The translations under genes were made by a program, and so were the position numbers. From positions 637,009 to 701,008 of the forward strand of contig OZ246402.1 of the NCBI GenBank assembly GCA_965230975.1: DNA of 64,000 nt, in the 5' to 3' direction. Origin of the DNA: an uncultured Candidatus Saccharibacteria bacterium (GTDB lineage Bacteria > Patescibacteriota > Dojkabacteria > J137). The notes beneath the pieces were generated by a model that made no database searches, was not told where the DNA came from, and worked only from the letters and a program-made list of their open reading frames with translations. The first letter of the stretch is position 1. The number at the start of each line of letters is the position of its first letter. This document shows positions 28,701 to 38,207 of the stretch, piece by piece.

Positions 28701-28782
28701 CATTTTGGCAGAAGGAACACCTAATCAAATTGCTAACGTGAGTGAAAGTTATACGGGGCAGTGGTTAAAAAAGATAATATAA
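25738..28782 (+). CDS. uvrA: Excinuclease ABC subunit A
   Basis: [61 protein letters not shown], two ABC modules, zinc fingers ([14 protein letters not shown]) and LSGGEAQR / LSGGESQR signatures. Length is 1014 aa. Confidence 0.95.
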   Translation: [1014 protein letters not shown]

Positions 28783-28801
28783 GGTTCAGACCAATGTGGG
28801 G

Positions 28802-28829
28802 TTGACGCTTGATAGTGGCGACATATGTT
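28802..28829 (+). promoter_or_regulatory. Candidate sigma70-like promoter
   Basis: TTGACG (28802-28807), a 16-nt spacer, then TATGTT (28824-28829). It implies the downstream gene starts at the internal ATG at 28860 rather than 28809. Confidence 0.3.
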
Positions 28830-29303
28830 ATAATTACTCATACTTTTAAAATATGTTTTATGGATGATATGAATGCTAGGATTTTCAGAGATAACTCACC
28901 TGAATCATTGAACAGACTGTATTTAACAGAAGAAAGAAAGCAAGAAATAAAGTTAGCTTTATCAACTTTAAGAAATAAATTTAGATCAATATTTACATTC
29001 ACCACTCCATCCTTTGGACAAAGCAACTTGGAAATAGCAACACAATTATATACTGCTTACATTAATGATACACCATCATTAATATTAGCATTAACAGATT
29101 TTGCTAATAATTACCCAGAAACATATAATTATATAATGAGTTTTATTTTGGGTACAAGATTAGAAGAATTAGAAAATGCAATTAAAATCTTTGAAGAGTC
29201 TTCTGGTGAAGATAAACTAAAGTTCGACCATATAAGTAAAGCAGTTGTTAGCCAATTCAATTTGCTTAGAATCTTTTTAGATATTGATATTGAAGAATCT
29301 TAA
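28809..29303 (+). CDS. Hypothetical protein. The start is probably internal, at 28860
   Basis: A 164-aa ORF. Its first 17 codons overlap a promoter-like sequence. Confidence 0.35.
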   Translation: MIVATYVIITHTFKICFMDDMNARIFRDNSPESLNRLYLTEERKQEIKLALSTLRNKFRSIFTFTTPSFGQSNLEIATQLYTAYINDTPSLILALTDFANNYPETYNYIMSFILGTRLEELENAIKIFEESSGEDKLKFDHISKAVVSQFNLLRIFLDIDIEES

Positions 29304-29860
29304 ACAATTTCTAATGTAGACCTAATTTGCTTAATAGCACTTGATACATTATCTTGGATTCTTTTATCCAGTTCAATAATTTTAGATTCACTTTGAGCCA
29401 AAATTAATCTTTTTTGCTGTGCTGTGGCATAGGTTCCCAGGTTGTCTAGCAATTTAGATATTATATTGTAAGAATTAATATCACCATTTTGAATAAAAGC
29501 TAACCTATTTAAATTATTGATTAGTTCAGATGTAATTGCTCCAACATATATTTGAAGGTTTAAAATAACTTTCTCTGCTAAGTAATTATCGTTTAAGTCA
29601 AGGTCATCTAGTCCTGTCGCAATTAAGTACTGATCTAGATCGAATTCGAAACTATACTTGTTAGTAACTTTATTATTAATGTTTTTTTTGAGAGTAAGCA
29701 GTAGCGATTTTACAGAATTAGTTTCTTTTGCATTAATTAAGGAAGGTAATAGATATATAGTTATAAATTCTTCAAAAGTACTAGCTTTATTTGTAAATCT
29801 AAAAAGATTACCTGCAATTTCTGCACCTTTAGCATCTGCTATTTGTTGTTCTGTTGGCAT
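29300..29860 (-). CDS. Hypothetical protein
   Basis: A 186-aa ORF with no motif. Confidence 0.35.
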   Translation of the reverse strand: MPTEQQIADAKGAEIAGNLFRFTNKASTFEEFITIYLLPSLINAKETNSVKSLLLTLKKNINNKVTNKYSFEFDLDQYLIATGLDDLDLNDNYLAEKVILNLQIYVGAITSELINNLNRLAFIQNGDINSYNIISKLLDNLGTYATAQQKRLILAQSESKIIELDKRIQDNVSSAIKQIRSTLEIV

Positions 29861-30005
29861 AATACTTTATTTTATCACTTATATTTAAACAGTGGAACGA
29901 GTGCGAATTTATAAATATTAAATTTGAGGTGTTATTCATTCAAAACCTATAGTATAATTCTCGTCTTGGGCATTGTTTGTGGAGTTTAATCGAACTTTAT
30001 AAATA

Positions 30006-32486
30006 ATGTCTAAGCCAAAGTTAATCAAAACATTGCCTCATTTACACCCTCTTTTTTTCAATAAAGAGGCGTTAACTATATCTAGCGAATACTATTCGTT
30101 TACAGCCCGAGATTTTTTGGCTAACATGCAGGTTTTAAGCTTAAAGGAGATTAGGTTTAAGGAAGTTTTAAGATACCTTGAAGCGAACGATTTTGAACGA
30201 GTACCAAAAAATCTCGAGATAAAACAATATTCCTTACGAGGAGATGTAATAACCGCTTGGTTTGTGGGGTATGAATCACCAATAAGAATGGAATTCTTTG
30301 GAGAGGATTTAGAAAAGATGTATTTGGTAGATGAGATATATTCTAAAAAACTTAAAGATATTAAATACTTGGTTATTGGCGGAATAAATGGAAAAGATGA
30401 TTTAAATTCTATAAAAATATCTTTGCCAGAAATAACAAACGAACATTTTGACACAAAATATTTAGAGGTAGAAAAACTAATATTCACAAATTCAATACAA
30501 AATGTAGAGGGTAATGGCTACCAAATAATTAAAACTGATTATCAATTTCCACAACTATTTTATTCAAGGTTAGACCTTTTTGAAAAAGAAGTTGAAAGAT
30601 TAGAAAATCAAGGGTATCACATATATATAAAGACAGAAAACGAAGACTCTTTAGGTTATGAGTTACAAAAATACTTAGATTTACCAAAAGAAAATTCACT
30701 TTTACAAAATATTAAAAATATTGAGTTACTAGCAGGTTTTATTTCAGAGCAGGAAAAGTTGGCAGTATTTACAGATAGAGAACTATTTGGAACTATCTTC
30801 TTAACAAGACCCGAAAGACTTAAAAAATCCACATCTAATATTCAAAGACTTTTGCAACAATTTGAAGGCAATATTGAAATGGGAGATTACGTTGTTCACG
30901 AAGATTACGGAATTGGTATTTATTCTGGTTTAACCCAAGAGATGATAGATGATCAAATGTACGAATATCTATTACTAAAATACGATAAAGAAGATGAATT
31001 GTACGTGCCTATTAATCAAATAGAAAAGATAACCAAATATATTGGTAATGAAGGTGTAGACCCAAAAGTCACAAGGTTAGGTGGTGTAAGTTGGGAGAAT
31101 GTTAAAAGAAAAATTAAAGCCTCTACAAGATTATTGGCAAAAGAACTTATAGAACACTTTGCAAAAAGAGAGGTTTCTAAAGCAAAAGCGATTCCTAATA
31201 AAGATTCTAAAGATTTTAATAAGTTTGTTGAGGAGTTTAAACATGTAGAAACAGATGATCAAATTAGAGCTGTAAACGAGATTGTTGCAGACATGGAAAA
31301 GCCAGTACCAATGGATAGGCTTTTGGTTGGTGACGTTGGTTTTGGTAAAACAGAGGTGTTTATGAGGGCTGCTTTTAAAGCTGTAGAAGATGGTGGGCAA
31401 GTTGCAGTTTTGTCCCCAACAACTGTTTTAACATCTCAACACGATGAGGTCTTTAAAGAGCGTTTTAAAAACTTTCCAATAAGAATAGAGTCAATTTCCC
31501 GATTTAACACCCCACTAGAAAATAAAAAGATTATTGAGGCAGCAAATGATGGGAAAGTAGATATTTTGATTGGAACACACAGACTTTTAAGTAGTGATGT
31601 TAAATTTAAGAACTTGCAATTGGTTATTGTAGATGAAGAGCAGAGATTTGGTGTTAAACAAAAAGAGAAGATTAAACAATTAAATTACGAAGCTCATGTT
31701 TTAGCTGTAAGTGCAACCCCAATACCAAGAACTTTAAGTATGGCGTTATCAACCATTCAAGAGATTTCAATAATCACAACTCCGCCAAAGGGTCGAAAAT
31801 CTATACATACAGAAATTGTTAAAGATGATTGGAACCACATTGCCAAGGCAATTCAATTTGAAATAAATCGTGGTGGCCAAGTTTTCTTTTTACACAACAA
31901 GATTCAAAACATGGGTTTTATAGAAGAAAAACTTGGCCAGCTTGTTCCTGGTTTACGTATAGTTTCTGCACATGGTCAAATGAACTCAGATAAGCTAGAT
32001 GGCATTATGGATGACTTTTACCACAAGAAATATGATTTATTAATTTCTACCACAATAATTGAAAATGGGCTCGACCTGCCAAATGTTAATACAATTATAG
32101 TTAATAACGCACATAGATTTGGTTTATCCCAACTTTACCAGTTAAGAGGCCGGGTTGGCAGGTCCGACAGGCAATCATTTTGCTATCTTTTATATCAAGG
32201 TCAAGATTTGAAAGCTTTAGAGCAAGAGGATGAAAAGTCTAATAAAAGAAAAAGAAACAAAAAGTATTTAGAAAGATTAAACTCTTTAGTTGAAAATCAA
32301 GATTTGGGCGCAGGTTTTAGAATCGCAAGTAAAGATTTAGAGATTCGAGGCGCAGGTAATTTATTGGGCGAGCAACAGAGTGGCCATATTGCTGCAATTG
32401 GTTATGCACTTTATGTAGAATTACTAGCTCAAGAGGTAGAAAAGATTAGAGAGGTTATGAACCCTTCATACAAACCTTTGATTTAA
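30006..32486 (+). CDS. mfd: Transcription-repair coupling factor, short form (826 aa)
   Basis: RNAP-interacting motif GDYVVHEDYGIGIY. Helicase motif I GDVGFGKTEV and motif II LVIVDEEQRFGV. A C-terminal TRCF-like region is present. The N-terminus is about 200-300 aa shorter than E. coli Mfd. Confidence 0.85.
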   Translation: MSKPKLIKTLPHLHPLFFNKEALTISSEYYSFTARDFLANMQVLSLKEIRFKEVLRYLEANDFERVPKNLEIKQYSLRGDVITAWFVGYESPIRMEFFGEDLEKMYLVDEIYSKKLKDIKYLVIGGINGKDDLNSIKISLPEITNEHFDTKYLEVEKLIFTNSIQNVEGNGYQIIKTDYQFPQLFYSRLDLFEKEVERLENQGYHIYIKTENEDSLGYELQKYLDLPKENSLLQNIKNIELLAGFISEQEKLAVFTDRELFGTIFLTRPERLKKSTSNIQRLLQQFEGNIEMGDYVVHEDYGIGIYSGLTQEMIDDQMYEYLLLKYDKEDELYVPINQIEKITKYIGNEGVDPKVTRLGGVSWENVKRKIKASTRLLAKELIEHFAKREVSKAKAIPNKDSKDFNKFVEEFKHVETDDQIRAVNEIVADMEKPVPMDRLLVGDVGFGKTEVFMRAAFKAVEDGGQVAVLSPTTVLTSQHDEVFKERFKNFPIRIESISRFNTPLENKKIIEAANDGKVDILIGTHRLLSSDVKFKNLQLVIVDEEQRFGVKQKEKIKQLNYEAHVLAVSATPIPRTLSMALSTIQEISIITTPPKGRKSIHTEIVKDDWNHIAKAIQFEINRGGQVFFLHNKIQNMGFIEEKLGQLVPGLRIVSAHGQMNSDKLDGIMDDFYHKKYDLLISTTIIENGLDLPNVNTIIVNNAHRFGLSQLYQLRGRVGRSDRQSFCYLLYQGQDLKALEQEDEKSNKRKRNKKYLERLNSLVENQDLGAGFRIASKDLEIRGAGNLLGEQQSGHIAAIGYALYVELLAQEVEKIREVMNPSYKPLI

Positions 32487-32504
32487 GGTTATCTTTGACT
32501 GTAT

Positions 32505-33350
32505 TTAACCTTCTTTTGGCTCACTAACATCAAAGTGATTTGTCCAACCGAGTCCGTTTTCTCTTAATACAGCTGTTATTAGGGCAATTAAAGTCCGTGA
32601 ATATTGCGGTCCAAGTGGTAAAAATGGGTCAAATCTGTATTCCCTATATTTACTTTCTTCTAAATCTTTATTTTCAGCTCTAAGTTGTAGGCTTAACTTG
32701 CACAATGCAAGGTAAATAATAAAATCAATAAGACCAGTTACAATTAAATAAATTTGTGGGTTTTTAATATCTAAATTTAAAACCAATGCTATTGCAAAAA
32801 AAGAAAGTACCCATATTTGACTTGCCTCTAAAACCCTATCTGTTATAGTTTTATCATTAAATTTAGCTAGAATAATATCCCGTAATGACTTATCTGTGTA
32901 TTGGTTTAAATAAGTAACCCATTCGTCAATGTTATTAATATCTTTCTCGGAATTTTGGATTTTTTGAATAATAAGCTGTCTATTAAGATGCATTTCTACC
33001 GGTATTTTTCGAATAGTGTTATTAATTAAATGTAAATGTAAATCTTGTACATCTGATTTTAGTATTCTAAATTTTTTTGCCCGTTTTACTTTACCTTTAG
33101 ATCTATCCATAACCATTGTGTCACCAATACTACCTCCAAAAGAGACCACTACTTCATCTTGTCCAAGATTTTCAAAAATAATATCTATATCCGATAAACC
33201 AATAAATTTAGCAAGCCGCTCCAAGTTTTTGGGGTTGAAAACAAGTTTGGAAGCATCTGTTCCATCTGGGAACTGAAGTTTTACATAAACCGCAGATTCT
33301 GGGTTTTTATATTCAAAAACATTTTTTGGTTTATTTTCAAGATTATCCAC
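32505..33350 (-). CDS. Hypothetical membrane protein
   Basis: 281 aa with C-terminal hydrophobic segments (VLSFFAIALVLNL, IYLIVTGLIDFIIYLAL). Confidence 0.4.
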   Translation of the reverse strand: MDNLENKPKNVFEYKNPESAVYVKLQFPDGTDASKLVFNPKNLERLAKFIGLSDIDIIFENLGQDEVVVSFGGSIGDTMVMDRSKGKVKRAKKFRILKSDVQDLHLHLINNTIRKIPVEMHLNRQLIIQKIQNSEKDINNIDEWVTYLNQYTDKSLRDIILAKFNDKTITDRVLEASQIWVLSFFAIALVLNLDIKNPQIYLIVTGLIDFIIYLALCKLSLQLRAENKDLEESKYREYRFDPFLPLGPQYSRTLIALITAVLRENGLGWTNHFDVSEPKEG

Positions 33351-33543
33351 ATTAGTAATTTTGCAGGATTATAGCAGGTAGTATTTAAATTAGTAAATTT
33401 GCTATCAAAATCCTGAGCAAAGGAATAAAATATAAAAATTATCTAAAATTTATCAGTTCTTAGGCTAAATCAGACATAAAAAGAATAATTGTAAGGTTAC
33501 AGCCCTCTTTACTAGATAATTCAAACAATTAATTTATTATCAC

Positions 33544-36465
33544 TTGTTTATGACAGATGCAGTAAGAACATTGCAATCTAGCGATTTAGCAGATAATTTA
33601 TCAAATAATACTACTTATGATCTTTTGATATCAGATTTATTAAAAAAATATGAATCTAGTGGAGTAGCGTTTGCCCCTAACGATGTTAAGTATCTTTTAC
33701 TCTTTGCAAAAGAGATGCACGAAAGATGGAAAGATGGGTTAAATGGCGCAACAGCAGTAAGATCAACAACTGATATTAATTGGTTAAAAAACCATGAATC
33801 ACCAACAGAAGATGACCGAGTGTTGGTTGGCAAGTTAGCCGATGGTACTCAAGGTGCTATTATCTCTAACTGTACTTTTGATGAATTGCCACTTGATTGG
33901 AAACTTGAAAACATACAAGATTTATTAGAGGCATTCAAAATTGTTCAAGAATTTTATAAATCGGGTAGAAATATTAATAGTAAAAATATTCAAGAAGTTT
34001 CAAAGTTACTGCACACAGCATGGGTAGAAAGAACAATTGCAAGAACACCCGAAAGAGAATCTCAAATAGAAAAAGATTACGATAAGTTAAGTGCACTTTA
34101 TTTGCACCGAAATAATGCATATAGATTAGAAATGGCGAGAGATATGCTATTAAGGTTAAGGTTCTTAAATGGTGGCATTACAGAAATTAAAGACAGGAAT
34201 AGCTTAAGGCAATCTATGCAACTTGAAGTTGCAAGCAGAAAAAGATTACCAGTCCCGGTTGGATACCCAGAAGAATGGGGAAATCCGAATTTGTCTAAAA
34301 TGACTTTTACCGATCAAGAGATTTCAACTTGGGTTGAATCTGATATGCGTGGTGAAGTTTTAATACAAATGATATTGCAAAAAAGTGGAAAAACTCTATC
34401 TGAAGTAGCAAATTTAAATAACGATACGGGTCTAGGATTTTCAATTTATCCAATTCATGACAATTTGATTAAGAAACAAGGTAAATTATTAACACAAGAT
34501 AAATGGAAAATCAGAAGTGCAAATGAATATATCAGAGGAATTTACCCAGAAGATATAATCGAACGTTTGAAATCAGGAGTCAATATCCCACTATCAATTG
34601 ACCCAAGATCAGGAGAATTAACATTCTATCAGGGTTTTTACTGGGACCCAGGCTTGAATTTTGCCGGAGATGCAGTTTTAGCTGGTGCAACTATAGTGGA
34701 TGGCAGGTTAGCATTTTCTGTACTTACAATTGACCCAGCAGTGTTCCCAGGTTATAAGGCAATTCCGGGTGGAATGGTTGAGTCTGGAGATATTCAAATC
34801 AAAGGGGCAATTGCAAATAGCACTCAATTACGAGAGCTATACGAAGAAACTCATGTTCAAATTAGCCCAGAATGCAGAGTTCCAGGTACCGAACTTCAAA
34901 GAAAGGTTGTAGAAGGTAGAGGTACTTTAACAAATGTGGCATTTAGCGAAGCATTTGTTTACTTAATTCCAATTGATAGTCCTTTCGAAATTAATGCTAC
35001 ACCTGGCGATGATGCACTAGGTGCTCGAATGCAAGTTGCTAATTCAGATTTATTTAAGCAGTTTCACTCACCAACACATGTTGAATTTGTACAAGAAGCA
35101 ATTAAGATTTTTGAACAACAAAACCCGGGTCTTGTTGTTGGTGAAGATGGATACATCTATTTGACTGAAGGCGTTGAGATAAACAAGGTAGATGGTGAGC
35201 TAATGTTAAAGACGGGTTATAGATTTGATAGTGTTAACGGTAAAGTTGTATCTATTGAATCTGAAGAATTCACTAAGAACTTAAAGGTTGTAGAAGATGA
35301 AGCTGAGGCTTATGCATCCTTTAGAAACATTATTGGTGAAAATAGTAAATTTAATAAGAATATTTTTGAATTATTCAATTCAGAATATACCTCTAATCTT
35401 AAAGTATGGGGTCAAACTACAATTACTAACCTTACTGATGCTCAATTAACTCAAATAAAACAATGGGCAGAATCTGGATTTGGTAAAGGTAAGTTCTTTG
35501 TAAAAGTTTTAGGTAAAGACGTGATTATAGAAAGAGCATTCTACAAATCCGCCCCTAAAAAGATGGTAAGGCTTTATGTACCAGAAAAATTAGAAGATAG
35601 AAGGGCTTTAATTAGAGCTGAACTCTCAAATCTTTTAGAATCAGAAGAAAACAAGTTCTTGTTTGAAGATTTAAGAGGTGTAGTATCCTTAATTGGAGGT
35701 GCATCTTTAATATCTGCCGAAAAAGCTGGGTCTATAGATCGCAGGCTTCAAGATATTCTTGTAATTGTGCAACAAAAGCTTAATGGTAAATTTGCTGTTG
35801 TAGATGGTGGTACAGATACTGGCGTTATGAAATCTGTAGGTAATGCAGAAAGAAGGCTAAATGGAATGTTAACAAGCATAGGTGTTTCTCCATTGGGCGG
35901 AATGACAAACTGGTTTGCACCCTTAAATACTCAACACGATTTATCTTTAGTTTTAAATAATTGTAATGACTTTGGTGAAGAAACTGAATTCATGATGATT
36001 TTAATTTCAGAATTAATTAACTTAATGAATAGAGGCAGTGCATTCACAATCTTAGCAAATGGAGGAAAAATTACGGTTGTAGAAGCATTTAGTAATGTAA
36101 GAGAGGGTAGAAAGGTCTTAGTTTTGAGTGATTCTGGTAGAACTTGTGACTTACTTGAAACAATGTTAGCCGGGAATTCAGTAAAGATTGGCGCTACTGG
36201 TAGAGAAACTTTAGCCGGAGACGATACTAAGAACTTGAACGAAATTGTGAATCAGCTACTAAAAACTTACAACGAGCAAGGCTTTGCCGATGAAATTACT
36301 AAGTGTATTGTATCAAATGAAGGTAAGAAGATTATGGAATTCGATATTTCAAGAAGTCCTGTCATTTTAGAAAGATTAAGACAAGACTTTATTGTTGCTA
36401 AGGGGTCTACAATGTCCGAACTTGAGGCAGATGTAAATGCAATTCTGTCTTTAGCGCAAGTATAA
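33544..36465 (+). CDS. Large multidomain protein (973 aa) with a Nudix-like motif and a C-terminal SLOG/LOG/DprA-like Rossmann segment
   Basis: PGGMVESGDIQIKGAIANSTQLRELYEETHV resembles the Nudix box REUxEExGU, with divergent spacing. AVVDGGTDTGVMKSVGNAERRLNG resembles the LOG/DprA glycine-rich nucleotide-binding motif. Confidence 0.45.
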   Translation: MFMTDAVRTLQSSDLADNLSNNTTYDLLISDLLKKYESSGVAFAPNDVKYLLLFAKEMHERWKDGLNGATAVRSTTDINWLKNHESPTEDDRVLVGKLADGTQGAIISNCTFDELPLDWKLENIQDLLEAFKIVQEFYKSGRNINSKNIQEVSKLLHTAWVERTIARTPERESQIEKDYDKLSALYLHRNNAYRLEMARDMLLRLRFLNGGITEIKDRNSLRQSMQLEVASRKRLPVPVGYPEEWGNPNLSKMTFTDQEISTWVESDMRGEVLIQMILQKSGKTLSEVANLNNDTGLGFSIYPIHDNLIKKQGKLLTQDKWKIRSANEYIRGIYPEDIIERLKSGVNIPLSIDPRSGELTFYQGFYWDPGLNFAGDAVLAGATIVDGRLAFSVLTIDPAVFPGYKAIPGGMVESGDIQIKGAIANSTQLRELYEETHVQISPECRVPGTELQRKVVEGRGTLTNVAFSEAFVYLIPIDSPFEINATPGDDALGARMQVANSDLFKQFHSPTHVEFVQEAIKIFEQQNPGLVVGEDGYIYLTEGVEINKVDGELMLKTGYRFDSVNGKVVSIESEEFTKNLKVVEDEAEAYASFRNIIGENSKFNKNIFELFNSEYTSNLKVWGQTTITNLTDAQLTQIKQWAESGFGKGKFFVKVLGKDVIIERAFYKSAPKKMVRLYVPEKLEDRRALIRAELSNLLESEENKFLFEDLRGVVSLIGGASLISAEKAGSIDRRLQDILVIVQQKLNGKFAVVDGGTDTGVMKSVGNAERRLNGMLTSIGVSPLGGMTNWFAPLNTQHDLSLVLNNCNDFGEETEFMMILISELINLMNRGSAFTILANGGKITVVEAFSNVREGRKVLVLSDSGRTCDLLETMLAGNSVKIGATGRETLAGDDTKNLNEIVNQLLKTYNEQGFADEITKCIVSNEGKKIMEFDISRSPVILERLRQDFIVAKGSTMSELEADVNAILSLAQV

Positions 36466-36492
36466 GGTTAATAGCTATAATGTAACTCCCCC

Positions 36493-36522
36493 GGGCCTCA
36501 GTTTCACTGAGGCCCTTTATTT
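36493..36522. terminator. Rho-independent terminator. It is probably bidirectional, sitting between convergent genes
   Basis: GGGCCTCAG-tttca-CTGAGGCCC is a 9-bp GC-rich perfect stem followed by TTTATTT. Confidence 0.7.
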
Positions 36523-36572
36523 AGAGCTTTTTAAATCAAAGTTTTATTGACAAAGATAAAGACTATTTGTGA

Positions 36573-36953
36573 TCAAGCTTCGTAGTTTTGGTTAAAGCTT
36601 CTATTAAGTTCTTCTAATCTATCTTGCAAATTTATTTCGAACATCTCTCTGCTATAATCATGAATTACTATTAAGGCATCTGTAATTCTACTTTTTTCTT
36701 TATCTGTTGTTGCATGCTTTAGTAATTGATCTAGAGTTGTAATTGCATCTTTGTATTCAATATTGTAGTAATTTAGTACATCTAAATACACGCAAAGCTT
36801 ATCGGGGTCATCTTCTTCACATCTCAAGTCTAATTCATAGTCTTCAAGCAATTTATTTGTATGCAATAAAAACATTGTTGGAGTTAATTGGGAGGCTTCT
36901 ATAAACCATGGAGGAGTTTGTACTCTTGGATTATAATGATTTGCTAATGCCAT
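36573..36953 (-). CDS. Hypothetical protein
   Basis: A 126-aa ORF. Confidence 0.35.
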   Translation of the reverse strand: MALANHYNPRVQTPPWFIEASQLTPTMFLLHTNKLLEDYELDLRCEEDDPDKLCVYLDVLNYYNIEYKDAITTLDQLLKHATTDKEKSRITDALIVIHDYSREMFEINLQDRLEELNRSFNQNYEA

Positions 36954-37107
36954 AATTTAATCTTAGATACATGCATTTTAATACTTAAATTATAAAAGTA
37001 AACACCATTTTCTTTTATAGGATATGATTTCTTAAACTTTAAATAGATAGTATAATTCAAAGGCAGGCAGTGCAACTGTAAAACAATATAACTATAAAAC
37101 TATTATT

Positions 37108-38187
37108 ATGAACTTATCTTTAGGAATTGTGGGTTTACCAAATGTAGGTAAATCAACACTATTTAATGCATTAACTAATCAGCAAGTACCAGCAGAGAAC
37201 TATCCATTTACAACTATAGATCCAAATAGTGGAGTAGTTGCAGTAAAAGACAAAAGGTTAGATTTTTTAGTAAAAGTTGCTAACCCCGCAAAGATTACAC
37301 CAGCTGTTGTAGAATTCGTAGATATTGCAGGTTTAATTAAAGGTGCGGCATCTGGAGAGGGTTTAGGTAATAAATTTTTAGCTAATATTAAAGAGGTTAG
37401 TGCAATTGTGCATGTTGTTAGAGCTTTTCATAACAATAACATAACACACGTGGAAAACTCTGTTAACCCAACAAGAGATATAGAGCTTATAAATACAGAG
37501 CTTATTTTAAAAGATTTAGAAACTGTAGAAAAAAGAATAAAAGACTTACAAAGTAGATCTAGAGCAGATAGCAAGCTTTTAAAAGCCTACGAACATGTTA
37601 CAAAATTACACATTCATTTAAGCGAAGGTAAGTTAGGGGTAGATTTTCCGTATACCCAAGATGAATTGATAGATAAGGAAAGAAAAGATCTCTTTTTACT
37701 AACGGATAAACCAGTTATATATTTAATAAACTCTACCGATGGCGAACAGTCAGAACTTGCTCAACAAGTAATTAAAGCAATTGGAAATAAACCATACATT
37801 GTAATGGATGTAAAAACTGAACATGAGTTATCTGCCATGAACGACGAAGATAGAGCAATGTTTATGCAAGATTTAGGCATGGAAGATACTGGTTTAAATC
37901 AACTAACTAGAGTTGCGTATAAAACATTAGGCTTAATATCTTTCTTTACAGAAGGTCCTGAAGAGGTTAGAGCCTGGACAATTAAACAAGGTTTTAAAGC
38001 ACCTCAAGCTGCTGGGACAATTCATACAGATTTTGAAAAAAAGTTTATTACTGCAGAAATATGTTCTTATGAAGATTTTGAAGCAGTAGGGAGTTGGAAC
38101 AATGCCAAAGCTCAAGGCAAATTAAGATTAGAAGGTAAAGAATACTTAATGAAAGATGGTGATATTGTTATATTTAGGCACGGTTAA
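37108..38187 (+). CDS. ychF: Ribosome-binding ATPase YchF (Obg-family GTPase)
   Basis: G1 motif LSLGIVGLPNVGKSTLFNALT, G3 DIAGLIKGA, a C-terminal TGS domain. Length is 359 aa. Confidence 0.9.
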   Translation: MNLSLGIVGLPNVGKSTLFNALTNQQVPAENYPFTTIDPNSGVVAVKDKRLDFLVKVANPAKITPAVVEFVDIAGLIKGAASGEGLGNKFLANIKEVSAIVHVVRAFHNNNITHVENSVNPTRDIELINTELILKDLETVEKRIKDLQSRSRADSKLLKAYEHVTKLHIHLSEGKLGVDFPYTQDELIDKERKDLFLLTDKPVIYLINSTDGEQSELAQQVIKAIGNKPYIVMDVKTEHELSAMNDEDRAMFMQDLGMEDTGLNQLTRVAYKTLGLISFFTEGPEEVRAWTIKQGFKAPQAAGTIHTDFEKKFITAEICSYEDFEAVGSWNNAKAQGKLRLEGKEYLMKDGDIVIFRHG

Positions 38188-38207
38188 AACATAAAACCAG
38201 ACACATC

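Noticed and set aside
25772-28703. Short antisense ORFs inside uvrA (25772-26050, 26925-27137, 27464-27664, 27979-28290, 28464-28703)
   Set aside because: They are entirely embedded antisense to a highly conserved gene, have low-complexity composition and no motifs. They are typical spurious ORFs in AT-rich DNA.
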